A stretch of DNA of 33,119 nt, taken from assembly GCA_046757025.1 (NCBI GenBank), contig JBHHXN010000047.1, positions 1-33,119 on the forward strand. Reading direction: 5' to 3'. Positions 1-9,789 of this stretch are shown piece after piece. The notes under the pieces are model-generated. The model searched no databases. It was not told where the DNA came from and worked only from the letters and a program-made list of their open reading frames with translations. The stretch comes from a bacterium (GTDB lineage: Bacteria > Zhuqueibacterota > Zhuqueibacteria > Oceanimicrobiales > Oceanimicrobiaceae). Both the position numbers and the translations under genes were made by a program. How positions within the stretch are numbered: position 1 is the first letter of the stretch; the number at the start of each line of letters is the position of its first letter.

Positions 1-40
1 AGACGACGAATTTCGGTTTCCGGTTTTCGATTTTTATTTT

Positions 41-226
41 TCTTGGCAAAAAAATACAAAAGTTCAGTGTTAATACTATAAGAAAGAGATTACATGACTA
101 TTCCCAAATTAGGTTGATGGAGTCGTTAGGTAATCATTCTGACCATTTCATTTAACGCAAAGGTGCGCAAGAGTAAACTATTTCGTTCTGCAAGCTCTGT
201 GCACGCTCGGCGACTTCTGCGTTAAA
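41..226. repeat. Degenerate palindromic repeat element (end motif plus inverted repeat)
   Basis: CAAAAGTTCAGTG..ATACTAT at 57-79 recurs at 3762-3784; inverted repeat TTTAACGCA (151-159)/TGCGTTAAA (218-226) of the same style as 3339-3491. Confidence 0.6.
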
Positions 227-553
227 ATCAAAGTTGTTATTTCATCATCTTTTGTTCCAATGCAAAACGTGTTTTGAATCGAAAAAAAAAGTCGATGTTG
301 AAATAACTTCTTCAATAAATGGCTACATTCTAATATTTTGGAATTTTTGTAACTTTTTTGATTATAAAGGATTATGTAAATCCAGGTTGCTAAAAATAAG
401 TTAGAAACAATTGATTACACTACTGCGAAACTTGGTGAATTGAAAAATCCAGTTCATCCTGTCCATCCTGTCAAATAAAATAGCAGAGCTTACCTGCTCA
501 AAATAACATAGAATCGAAATACGTAAAGCTCCATCACCTCGCCTGAATCAAGA

Positions 554-2071
554 TTACTCCAGCTTCTCTCGCGCTTTATCGATTTGCTCGCGCAGGCGCG
601 GTTCGTTAAATTCATAAGCCGAGGCAAAATGCGAAAGCGCTTTTTCGATGCTTCCAAGCGCTTTGTAGGCTACCCCCAAATAATAGTGGCACCACGGTTT
701 GATCCAATTCTTTTCTACATTTTGCATGGCTAAAATTTTCTTGAATTCATCGATGGCATTGACATACGCTTTTTGCTTCATATAAATTTTCCCGATTTGA
801 TATTTAACCTCGGGTTTGGTAAGTCTGGAAGCGCGCCTGGTGGGGGTAGGTGAAATGGCGCTTTCATAAATTCCGTTTGCGATGTCGTCCGCCCCGCGTT
901 CGGGTTGAGTGTGATTTACGGCCGCCACACGATCCGGCTTTTTCATGGACTGTTTGATCAAATTCTGTGCTAAATTGTAAGCGTTTTTATGATCTGACTT
1001 TTTCACTTGCTGATAATATTCAACGGCTTTTTGCCTGTCATCAAGCATGTCGTAACATTTCCCCAGATTCAAATTGGCCAGGGCCAACACCCATTTCACA
1101 TTGCCAGTGGAGGCATGCGCCAGGTCGAGCGATTTGGTGTAATGCTCGATTGCCTGCTCAAAATCGTTCAGACTAAAATACAAATTACCTAAGCGAAAGT
1201 GCGTACTGATTTTCAAGACCGTGTTTTGCAAATGGCTGTCGTCTCGGATGACTTTGTTTAACGTGGTCACGGCTAAATCGTACTGGCGAACCTTTTGATA
1301 ATTTTCACCCAGCAGCATTAAATAGCTCAAATTATCGGGATAAAAGTGGACCAATTTTTTAAAATAATTCAACGACTGCTGGTAGTTTTTTTCGATGTAC
1401 AGATGGATACTGCCTAAAAATAACATGGCCTCGGCTTTGGAGTAGATGCCTTTTTCTGCGGCGATTTCCAGTTCTTGCAATCCTTTCTGCCGGTCGGATT
1501 TAATGCCCAGAAGAAACGAGATGGCTTTGGCGAATTTGGGAATGACGTCCGAGTAGTAATGATAAAGCCCCAGGCCCAGGTAAGCGTCGTAGTAGCTGGG
1601 ATCTCTGGCCACGACTTTTTCCAGATAGGAGATGCCTTTTTTACCATACCAGTAGGCTTTGAGCCAATTGCTTTCCCAGCCGTGATAGGCTGCCAGATAC
1701 ATGTGCACGGTGCCCAGATAAAACAAGGCATCCAGTTGACGGTTGGGGTCGGACAATTGTTGCATGGACTTCTTTAAAGCGATGGCAGAATAATCCAGAA
1801 ACTTCTTTTCAAACTCCAGATGATTCTCTTCCAATTGAAAACGGTAGTAATAATTGACGCACTGCAGCAGATATCCGTGGGGATTTTCCGGATCCAGCTC
1901 GATGATCTCGGCGAAGATCTCCGTTGCTTTATCGAACTGCATGTTGTAAGCCAGATGAATGCCGTCCAATGTGCGCTGGTTGTAGTAGTCTGAATTAGCA
2001 AAGGTCAAAGCAGGCAGGCAAAAGGCAATGAGTGTCAGCATTTTTTGGGGTTCAGGATACCGCATAAACAT
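554..2071 (-). CDS. Secreted tetratricopeptide-repeat protein (TTC39/DUF3808-like N-terminal half)
   Basis: 505 aa ORF, GAGGTG RBS-like motif just upstream, hydrophobic signal-like N-terminus (LTLIAFCLPALTFA), many TPR motifs (ALFYLGTVHM, YDAYLGLGLYHYY, THFRLGNLYF, CHYYLGVAY). Confidence 0.85.
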   Translation of the reverse strand: MFMRYPEPQKMLTLIAFCLPALTFANSDYYNQRTLDGIHLAYNMQFDKATEIFAEIIELDPENPHGYLLQCVNYYYRFQLEENHLEFEKKFLDYSAIALKKSMQQLSDPNRQLDALFYLGTVHMYLAAYHGWESNWLKAYWYGKKGISYLEKVVARDPSYYDAYLGLGLYHYYSDVIPKFAKAISFLLGIKSDRQKGLQELEIAAEKGIYSKAEAMLFLGSIHLYIEKNYQQSLNYFKKLVHFYPDNLSYLMLLGENYQKVRQYDLAVTTLNKVIRDDSHLQNTVLKISTHFRLGNLYFSLNDFEQAIEHYTKSLDLAHASTGNVKWVLALANLNLGKCYDMLDDRQKAVEYYQQVKKSDHKNAYNLAQNLIKQSMKKPDRVAAVNHTQPERGADDIANGIYESAISPTPTRRASRLTKPEVKYQIGKIYMKQKAYVNAIDEFKKILAMQNVEKNWIKPWCHYYLGVAYKALGSIEKALSHFASAYEFNEPRLREQIDKAREKLE

Positions 2072-2337
2072 AACACCTCAAAAGAGTCTGCTTGGACAGG
2101 GAACACGGTTCAAACGATAATATATAAAAAATAATAGCAATTGTAAATCTTTTCCCTTATTTTTACAAAAAAATATCAGGATCATATTTACTACAGCCGG
2201 TCTTGCGCAGGTCCGCGGCCCGGGTTTCGGAAGTGATCAATCGTTTTTTTCTCGTGGTTATATATCAAATCAGATTTCTTAATTTATATACCATTTAATT
2301 TGCCAGATTGAGAAAAACTTTATCTCAAAGATTCAAC

Positions 2338-3204
2338 ATGGAACAACCTTCAAATCTGAAGGGTCGGGTTTGTTTGATCACCGGGGCCAACGCCGGAATC
2401 GGCAAAGCCACGGCGTTCGGTTTAGCACAGCAGGGCGCGGAAGTGATCATGGTTTGCCGAAACCAGCAGCGCGGACTGGCGGCTTTGGAAGAGATCAAAA
2501 ACAGAAGTGGCCAGGAATCGCTGCACTTGTTTGTCTGTGATCTTTCGTCGCAAGCTACCATTCGGGAATTTGCGCAGGCGTTTTCTTCGCAATTTAAAAA
2601 ATTACACGTGCTCATCAACAACGCCGCGGTTATTCCGCTCACACGAAGCCTGACGGAGGATGGTATTGAAGCGCAATTTGCCGTGAACCACCTGGCGTAT
2701 TTTCTGCTCTGCAATTTGTTGTTCGGTACCCTGCGGGCCGGAGCACCATCCCGCGTCATCAATGTTTCGTCCGCGGCGCATTTTGGCGTTACTCTCGATT
2801 TTGACGATTTGATGTCAGAGGAAAATTACGATTCTACGGATGTCTATTCAAAAACCAAATTGGCGAACGTGCTGTTCACCTACGAATTAGCACAGCGACT
2901 TACCGGGACCAACATCACGGCCAACTGCCTCAGCCCCGGCGTGGTCGCCACCGATTTATTGAACGATTACATGAAAATTCCGCGATGGCAACGCACTTTG
3001 CATAACACCCTTGGCGTCAGTCCGGAGCGAGGGGCGGAAACACCGCTGTACCTGGCGGCCTCGCCACAGGTTGAGGGCGTCAACGGTCGGTATTTCGAGA
3101 ATCACCAGGCGGCTCGTTCTTCGGCTTTCTCTTACAATCGTACTGCGGCCAGACGCTTGTGGAAAATCAGCGCTCAGTTAACCGGTTTACAGAAAACGAT
3201 TTAA
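2338..3204 (+). CDS. Short-chain dehydrogenase/reductase, retinol dehydrogenase/WWOX-like subgroup
   Basis: TGANAGIG, NNAA, NVSS, YSKTK catalytic motif, PGVVAT. ATG at 2338 preferred over TTG at 2308. Confidence 0.92.
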   Translation: MEQPSNLKGRVCLITGANAGIGKATAFGLAQQGAEVIMVCRNQQRGLAALEEIKNRSGQESLHLFVCDLSSQATIREFAQAFSSQFKKLHVLINNAAVIPLTRSLTEDGIEAQFAVNHLAYFLLCNLLFGTLRAGAPSRVINVSSAAHFGVTLDFDDLMSEENYDSTDVYSKTKLANVLFTYELAQRLTGTNITANCLSPGVVATDLLNDYMKIPRWQRTLHNTLGVSPERGAETPLYLAASPQVEGVNGRYFENHQAARSSAFSYNRTAARRLWKISAQLTGLQKTI

Positions 3205-3265
3205 GAGTACAAGGTTTCTCAGGTTCCATGTCTGAAGGAATCTTTTCACCTGCATAATAGGAATT

Positions 3266-3784
3266 CAGCACGGCGGGGCCGCAACCAAAATATTACCACC
3301 AGCGGGCACAGCACGGCAAAACCGCCAACAAAAGATGAAACGCAGAGAACGCCGAGGGCGCAGAGGAGCTCAAGAAAGAAAATAATCAAAATAATCACAA
3401 AAAGTCTGGTCATTTGAAATGGTCAAAATGCTTCTCGCTTATTGGAAATCAAAAACTCTGCGAACCTCTGCGTCCTTCGCGCCTCAGCGTTAATGGCTTT
3501 CATGCGGTACCGATATTTGGCAATGGGAGTCCGCTCAGAAACTTTGTTAAAAAAACAAAGTTATTCTGAATAATAGAATAAACTTTCGCCACAAAGGCAC
3601 TAAGTCACTAAGAATAAATAACCTACAACAAGTATGAATTTAAAACTGAGTTTTCTGAGTTAATCTATTGAATTCTCTTTTACTCAATGTTTACAATACT
3701 TTGTGTCTTCGTGACTTCGTGGCTATGAATTATTCAAGTTAGGATTTTTTGCACAAAAAAGCAAAAGTTCAGTGGGGATACTAT
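3266..3784. mobile_element. Nested non-coding MITE-like/palindromic repeat elements
   Basis: Two similar left motifs (CAGCACGGC..CCGC..CAAAA at 3266-3290 and 3309-3333), two similar right motifs (3541-3576 and 3746-3784), and two internal imperfect inverted repeats with ~9-bp periodicity (3339-3365/3456-3491; 3588-3612/3699-3723). Confidence 0.6.
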
Positions 3785-3863
3785 CGAACCATGATGATTT
3801 TACCGGGAATGTATTCCTGGCGAAATTTGTTCCACAAAAGAAACGAACCTTACTATCAACTAT

Positions 3864-4175
3864 ATGTGTTGTTTCTACGAAGCAAAAACCGTTCGTGTGG
3901 ATAATCGACGGGTTCCACGCGAGCCCGAAAAGCCCGTCGAAATAGCGGCCATTCGAACAGCTCACGCTGGAGAAATCTGTCCAATTTGCCAGGGGTTTGG
4001 CCGCTTAAAATGCGCTGCCTGCATCAATGGGGCAGTGGCTTTGTTGGGCGGCGTGCAACAGTGCAGCCGTTGTTACGGCTGCGGACTGCGTCCCTGCCAG
4101 GTTTGCCACACGCGTGGTGTGATCCCGGATATTTCAGAAAATTCCTCGCCGGTCTCAGCCTCAATAATAAGTTGA
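3864..4175 (+). CDS. Small DnaJ-type zinc-finger protein without J domain (possibly 5'-truncated)
   Basis: Four CxxC(x)xxG motifs: CPICQGFG, CAACING, CSRCYGCG, CQVCHTRG. Frame stays open upstream to 3798; no clear RBS. Confidence 0.65.
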   Translation: MCCFYEAKTVRVDNRRVPREPEKPVEIAAIRTAHAGEICPICQGFGRLKCAACINGAVALLGGVQQCSRCYGCGLRPCQVCHTRGVIPDISENSSPVSASIIS

Positions 4176-4280
4176 AACTTCAAATAATAAAATCTTGAAT
4201 TTAAAAGGTAAAGCAATTTTATGTCATTTCTGAGCAGCTTGAAAAGCTTCTAACAAAACCACACCCTTTTAAATTGTTTG

Positions 4281-4309
4281 TTGACTTTCGTCAAAATATT
4301 GAGTATCTT
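4281..4309 (+). promoter_or_regulatory. Putative sigma70 promoter with palindrome over the -35 box
   Basis: TTGACT-17 bp-TATCTT; TTGAC-TTTC-GTCAA palindrome. Confidence 0.45.
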
Positions 4310-4782
4310 TTTTAGAATTCATGGGCAATACCCGAAAATGTCGGCTGATTTAGTCACCACGGAGCCGCATGAGAAACTCAGCCATCAATACACGCGCTGA
4401 TTGTTTCTGACTGACTTCTTTCGGATGGGAGAAGCTTTCGTCAACTCGAGGATCCTTTTTCACAATTTCAACTCTGCACGGTCAACTTGCCAGCTTTCAT
4501 TTAAGATTTATGGATAAGTGACGATATTTACGTTGTTTAAAAACAATTGCTTATTTAAATTGTTTTTAGAATAGTTTTTCAAGTTCTGCAAACGCGAATG
4601 ACGGCAAGTGATTAGCACCATGGCAAAAAAATAACCGTGTGTCCATCGAAGGTCAGAGAAACGGTGAGAATATTGAAAGATGCTCACCCTACAGAAACCC
4701 AGGCAGTTGTTTGGCGTATTTATGTTGAGGTTCATCGGGCGTGTGCATACAATCAAAATTGAGAGAATTTAATATAAAATAA

Positions 4783-4822
4783 TGTCAAATTTATTGACAA
4801 CGCAATTTCAAATTAATAAATT
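4783..4822 (+). promoter_or_regulatory. Putative sigma70 promoter with operator-like palindrome
   Basis: TTGACA (4794-4799)-17 bp-TAAATT (4817-4822); TGTCAA-N5-TTGACA inverted repeat; AT-rich upstream. Confidence 0.55.
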
Positions 4823-4920
4823 CAAACGGAATAGTTGTTGTCGAGAAAACAGTTGTTTAATGTTGAGACAGTTAACCATTTTTTTTATAAGCACCTTAAT
4901 TTAAGTTAAATAATAGCTTA

Positions 4921-5340
4921 ATGAGACGATCGACAAAATCAAATTATCCGGCATCTTCTTTGCACTTCTCAGATTTTGTGAATGATCGCTTTGATCAGGT
5001 TAAATTGGAGAGTGGAAAAAAGATGAAGTTATCATTAAAAAACAAGCAAAGTAACAATCGTATGGGGAGTGAAAACCCGGAAAACGTGACCGCCCTGGTT
5101 TTGAATGAGCTCAAGCTGAACGGGGTACTTTGCCCCAGCCAACTTTCCGTTCATCTCGGCTATGGTCTTGAGAAAATTAAACAAGCTCTGGACTTCCTGC
5201 TGCAAGAAGGTTTAATTGAACTGCGGAAAGATTTGGGAGAAGCCCGCTTTAACGGACTTCATGAGATTGCCTATGGATTGAATCGAGGCAAACTGAAGTA
5301 TCTCAGTCCTTCGCAATGGTTTGTACGAAAAGTATCTTAA
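4921..5340 (+). CDS. Small winged helix-turn-helix-like protein
   Basis: VLNELKLNGVLCPSQLSVHLGYGLEKIKQALDFLLQEGLIE fits a wHTH pattern; true start may be ATG 5023 or 5062. Confidence 0.6.
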   Translation: MRRSTKSNYPASSLHFSDFVNDRFDQVKLESGKKMKLSLKNKQSNNRMGSENPENVTALVLNELKLNGVLCPSQLSVHLGYGLEKIKQALDFLLQEGLIELRKDLGEARFNGLHEIAYGLNRGKLKYLSPSQWFVRKVS

Positions 5341-5416
5341 TCCACAAAACGGATATTCCCATCTGCCCAAATACGTGAAAAGGCAGGCAATTAATTTTGA
5401 GGAAGGAGAGAGGTGA

Positions 5417-6226
5417 TTGTTCAATTTTGAGCATTCTTTTGGCACGGATTTATTAGCGTTTTCTTTTGGAGTCTCCACTTTTTTCCTTTTATTTTTTTCT
5501 TACGCCATTCATAAAAATAATCACACCAAAATTTCCATCCGACCGGTCATCAGGCGTATTCTGGTTTTTGCCGCTATCGTCATTATCGGGCACAGTCTGC
5601 TTTTGTTTGTGGCGTTCTTTATTTTTGTGCAGTCGAAAGTTCAAATATTGAAAACTTACTCGGGTTGTTTTCTCAGCGGTTTCATCTTTACCCTGGCGCC
5701 CGTGACGTTCATACGGAGAGTGAACGAATCCCTGACGGAAGATTTCATGAAGAATTTTAGCACGGCTTTTCATTTTCTCAATGCTCTGAAAGAGATCTAT
5801 TATGAAAGCATCGTCAATGAAATTCATTATGAGGTTCGCTTACAGTCCGGGCAGATCGTTACCGCTGAAAGTGAAAATAGCCATCGCGCCATTAATAAAT
5901 CTTACGAAGAAAATAAGACCATGATTGCTATTTATTATCGCGATAAAATATTCAAAGACGCAGAGCGGGCATTTAATATTTTTGACGTGAGAAACGTTCA
6001 AATTAAAAATGGCTATCTATTGCACTATTTCAAATTTTCAAAATACAAACAGTTGCTTGAGCAAATAAACAACCATCCGCCCATTCAAATGAATGGTTGG
6101 GATTGTATCGAACGCCGAAAACAAGACGACTCCCCAGCTCGGGAAAGACGCTTTCACAATCAGCCATCCTTTAAAAGTCGCTTTTTGAATTTGACTTTGC
6201 AGGACCCGAGTGCCTCCGCAAATTAG
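5417..6226 (+). CDS. Hypothetical membrane protein (about 3 N-terminal TM helices, soluble C-terminal domain)
   Basis: 269 aa ORF, strong RBS (GGAGAGAGGTGA) before TTG, three hydrophobic segments in the first 100 aa, AT-rich coding. Confidence 0.7.
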   Translation: MFNFEHSFGTDLLAFSFGVSTFFLLFFSYAIHKNNHTKISIRPVIRRILVFAAIVIIGHSLLLFVAFFIFVQSKVQILKTYSGCFLSGFIFTLAPVTFIRRVNESLTEDFMKNFSTAFHFLNALKEIYYESIVNEIHYEVRLQSGQIVTAESENSHRAINKSYEENKTMIAIYYRDKIFKDAERAFNIFDVRNVQIKNGYLLHYFKFSKYKQLLEQINNHPPIQMNGWDCIERRKQDDSPARERRFHNQPSFKSRFLNLTLQDPSASAN

Positions 6227-6280
6227 TTTATAGTAAGGAACCACTTCAACTCTGTGATTTCCATCAAATAGGAGCGGAAT

Positions 6281-6967
6281 ATGAGTAACCGTGATAAATT
6301 CCAAATGGTGATTGGCCAAATCAAACCGCTGTCAGCCGCTCATGTCGATTACGACCCGGGCGCGTGGCAAAAACTGGACGACACCTGGGACAACAATTTT
6401 ACCCAGGCCGGCTGGCTGAATTATCGCCGCAACATTGTCGAATGGGTTTTGAGTATTCAGGACGACTTTGAGGAAATGTTGGACACCGGCTGCCACATCG
6501 GCCATTTCATCGAAGCGCTGAGACAGCGCGGTTACAAAAAGCGCTATCAGGGGATCGATATCACACCGCAGTTCATAGAACGCGCCCGTGATCGTATGCC
6601 TGACGAGCGTTTCGATATCGGCGACGTGCGGCATCTGGATTTTCCTGATAAATCTTTTGATCTGGTCATGTGTGTGGGGGTGCTCATGCATCTCCCGGAT
6701 ATCAAAGAATCGCTCGCCCACGTTTTTCGCATTGCTCGAAAGTACGTTCTCCTTTCAACCTATGGCTCCAGCCGGGTAACGTACAGCCGCCATGATCACC
6801 AAAATGGATTCCTGAATTATTTTTACAGCAAGGCCAGCCTTCTGGAAGAAGTGCCGCCGAACTGGGAACTCATCGAATACAAAGAGTTTGAGCGACCGGA
6901 CCGCAAAAAGGATAAGCTGATCTTTCAGTTTTTGTTGAAAAATCGGGATGGGGGTCAGGTGAAATAG
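6281..6967 (+). CDS. Class I SAM-dependent methyltransferase
   Basis: Motif I LDTGCHIG, GIDIT, GDVRHLDFPDKSFDLV, VLMHL; AGGAG RBS. Confidence 0.9.
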   Translation: MSNRDKFQMVIGQIKPLSAAHVDYDPGAWQKLDDTWDNNFTQAGWLNYRRNIVEWVLSIQDDFEEMLDTGCHIGHFIEALRQRGYKKRYQGIDITPQFIERARDRMPDERFDIGDVRHLDFPDKSFDLVMCVGVLMHLPDIKESLAHVFRIARKYVLLSTYGSSRVTYSRHDHQNGFLNYFYSKASLLEEVPPNWELIEYKEFERPDRKKDKLIFQFLLKNRDGGQVK

Positions 6968-7099
6968 TCGTTAGCATATCATGGCTGCTTTAAAAAAAAC
7001 TGGTCAGGAGTGGTGCAATGGATTGCAGTCTGGCCAGCGAAGCCCACTTTTTCATACAAATCATCACCGATATTCAAACGATAAAATCTGAAGAACGCC

Positions 7100-7963
7100 A
7101 TGAACAGGAAACGGGCACTCATTTTGATGTCGGATTTCGGTCTGCGCGAGGGATTTGTGGCCAGCATGAAGGGGGTGGCTTATGCCGTGAATACGGAGCT
7201 GAAAATTTACGACCTGACCCATCTCATACCACCGTTCGACATCTGGGAAGGAGCGTACACCTTAGCCAGCGCCATGAAATATTGGCCGGCGGAAAGCGTG
7301 TTCGTAGCGGTGGTGGATCCCGGCGTGGGCACCGAGAGAAAGTCGGTGGTGCTGAAAACACAGACCGGCCATTTTGTGGTGACGCCGGACAACGGCACCC
7401 TGACATTTGTGGTTGAAAAATATGGAGTGGCTTCACTGCGCGAGATCGATGAAAGCCGCAACCGCCTGCCTGGCTCTCAAGACTTCCACACCTTTCACGG
7501 CCGCGATGTGTACGTTTATACCGGAGCGCGGTTGGCCGCCGGCGTGATCAGTTTTGAACAGGTGGGCCCCGTTTTGGAGCCGACGGTGGTGCAGCTGCCA
7601 AGCCAGAAGCCGGTGCGAATTCGTTCAAATGAAATCCTCGGCCAAATCGTGAAAATTGAACAGCCGTTTGGTAATATTTCCACCAATATCCCAAACTCGT
7701 TGTTTGAGGAATTGGAAGTCGATCGAACAATCAATCAAGCGGTGACAGTCGAAATCCTACATGAAAAGCAAGTGGTATTCTGTGAAGACCTACCCTGTGT
7801 GCTGAGTTTTGGATACGTCGCGGCTGGTCGTCCGCTGCTTTATGCCGATTCCCAGCAAATGATGGGATTGGCGATAAACGGCGGCAATTTTGCGGAGCGT
7901 TACCAAATCCAGTCCGGTGCCGACTGGCTGATTAAATTAACAAAAATCGAAAAGTCAAAATAA
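7100..7963 (+). CDS. SAM hydroxide adenosyltransferase / SAM hydrolase (DUF62, halogenase superfamily)
   Basis: SDFG, DLTH, VVDPGVGTER, PDNG, TFHGRD, FGNI motifs; Asp-Arg-His hydrolase triad retained. Confidence 0.93.
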   Translation: MNRKRALILMSDFGLREGFVASMKGVAYAVNTELKIYDLTHLIPPFDIWEGAYTLASAMKYWPAESVFVAVVDPGVGTERKSVVLKTQTGHFVVTPDNGTLTFVVEKYGVASLREIDESRNRLPGSQDFHTFHGRDVYVYTGARLAAGVISFEQVGPVLEPTVVQLPSQKPVRIRSNEILGQIVKIEQPFGNISTNIPNSLFEELEVDRTINQAVTVEILHEKQVVFCEDLPCVLSFGYVAAGRPLLYADSQQMMGLAINGGNFAERYQIQSGADWLIKLTKIEKSK

Positions 7964-8133
7964 GCGGACGGTTCCTTAGTGACATGGAAACAGATCAGTT
8001 TATCGTAATAAATTTTGATCGGGTTGTTCTACGGCAGGATTAAAATGAACTAATTTCAATTTTCGAATCTGAATTTGAAAATTCCCAAAATTCCAGCTCC
8101 CTTTCGTTCAATCGGATGATAGACTATTGGGCC

Positions 8134-9568
8134 TTACTTCAACAGAAGTATCCTTCCTGTCGAAACAAAATCTCCGACCCTTAATTTGTAAAAATATGTG
8201 CCGCTGGCCTCCGTCCTTCCGCTGGCATCTTTGCCATTCCACTGTACTGAATAAGAGCCGGCCGGTTTGTTTTCTTGCGCCAGACTTCGCACATTCCGCC
8301 CCAACGAATCATAAATTCTCATTTCAACCTGGCCAGCCCTTTCCACAGTATAATTGATGATGGTAGATGGGTTGAACGGATTGGGATAGTTTTGCTGCAA
8401 TTGAAATGTGTGCGTCACTACCACCTGTTCCTCTTCGACTGAAGTTGTCACACTCGGGCCCGTGTTGTCGATGATATGCCTTAAAGAGGCCCTGTTTGTC
8501 CCACCATTTTGACTGACCGCCGCCACCGTGAGATTATAGGCTTCGTCTGGCAGTCCATTCGTTTCAACATGGAAAATATACGGCGGAGAAGTCATCAGTT
8601 TCTCGGTGTGTATTATATCTAAGAATCGTCCATCGTAGGGTAACCGAGAACGAATTTGACGGAATCAATACCGGCGCCATTAACACGCCCACGGCGGGAT
8701 CGAAGGCCGTCACTTCATAGTCAACCGCACCGCGCACGGTTTTGCCAAACGCTGGGCTGACAATGTCGAGCACGGGTAATGTATCGATAGGAGCCGCGGG
8801 CACGACAACCTTAACTGCCAGGGAATCGTTATTCTTTTCCAGCACCTTGATTTCTATCCCGGCTTGTTCATCCCGAATGGTCTTTCCCACAGACAAGGCT
8901 GCATCCTCAGAATCCCTGTTCAAAAGCTTCGAGCCCGGCCTCATATCCAGAAGCAGAGACCTTGATGTATTTGAGGGTCTAACCTGAATGAGGATGGCCC
9001 CAACGTTAGCCAGCTCCTCCTGACTGCGATAAAATACCCAGTATTCAGTATCCGGGCTCCTGCGGATTTTCAACGCTGAGTATTCATTGACTGATGTGCC
9101 CGATATCGGTGGTTTTTCAAGAGCTCGGATGATATAGGTTCCCGATTCTGAAACCGTCAGGATACTCTCTGGTGGCAACCAGCCGGCGCGGAATTTAAGC
9201 CATGGATTAAAATGGTGAAATTTATCGGTATCCCCCATGATGTCAAAGCGATCTCCGTATTCAATTAACGTTCCTTCAGTAGATAGGGGGTTGGCTGCTG
9301 CGACCCGCCAGAACGATGCATGTCTCCAACCAAAAGTATGCCCGGTCTCATGGGAGGTGATCAAAGGAGCGTCGATTGCCAGAAAAAAAGTCCGGAAATT
9401 GAAACCCGCAACGCCCCGAAATTCCTGTAGCCAGAGCTTTTTGGTGAAAATGGCCTCACGATCGTAATCGCGCTCGCGGAAGCCTGCATCTTCGGCGATT
9501 TTGATCGCATCGGCGCTCGGGTTCCTTCCCAGGAGAGCCTTATCCTCCGATGGTGAGCTAAAATACAA
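8134..9568 (-). pseudogene. 5'-truncated, frameshifted secreted metzincin peptidase (M11/M6-like) with Ig-like and T9SS-A/FlgD-Ig C-terminal domain
   Basis: HETGHTFGWRH zinc motif and EYGDRFDIMG Met-turn; reading continues AFDPAVG / NGAGIDSVKFVLGYPTMDD / LDIIHTEKLMTSPPY only through two frame changes near 8685 and 8625; C-terminal QNYPNPFNPST..IYDSLGRNV..WNGKD..SGTYFYKL; no signal peptide or RBS at the 5' end. Confidence 0.82.
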
Positions 9569-9789
9569 ATTAAATCAACGCATGGCAAGGTGTTAAGTTA
9601 AGAAAGTCCCATTTCATGTGAAGCACAACAATTACTATTAGTCTGCTATTTACTTTTTTTATGTCTACTATTAGACAGTGGGTGGCCTTTTGTTGCGGGT
9701 CCCTGTCATTTATCCTTCACAATCCGCTTGGTAAGTCCAAGCTGCTTGACTTCACCATAAGGCAGCTCCCAAACCCGTTGTTGGGCAGT

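Noticed and set aside
4340..4410. SAM-II or ZTP riboswitch resemblance
   Set aside because: Only short words match (GCTGATTT, ACCACGGAGC); the required pseudoknot partners are absent.
7100..7963. Fluorinase or chlorinase call
   Set aside because: TFHGRD with the Asp-Arg-His triad indicates the hydrolase branch; the halogenases lack this His.
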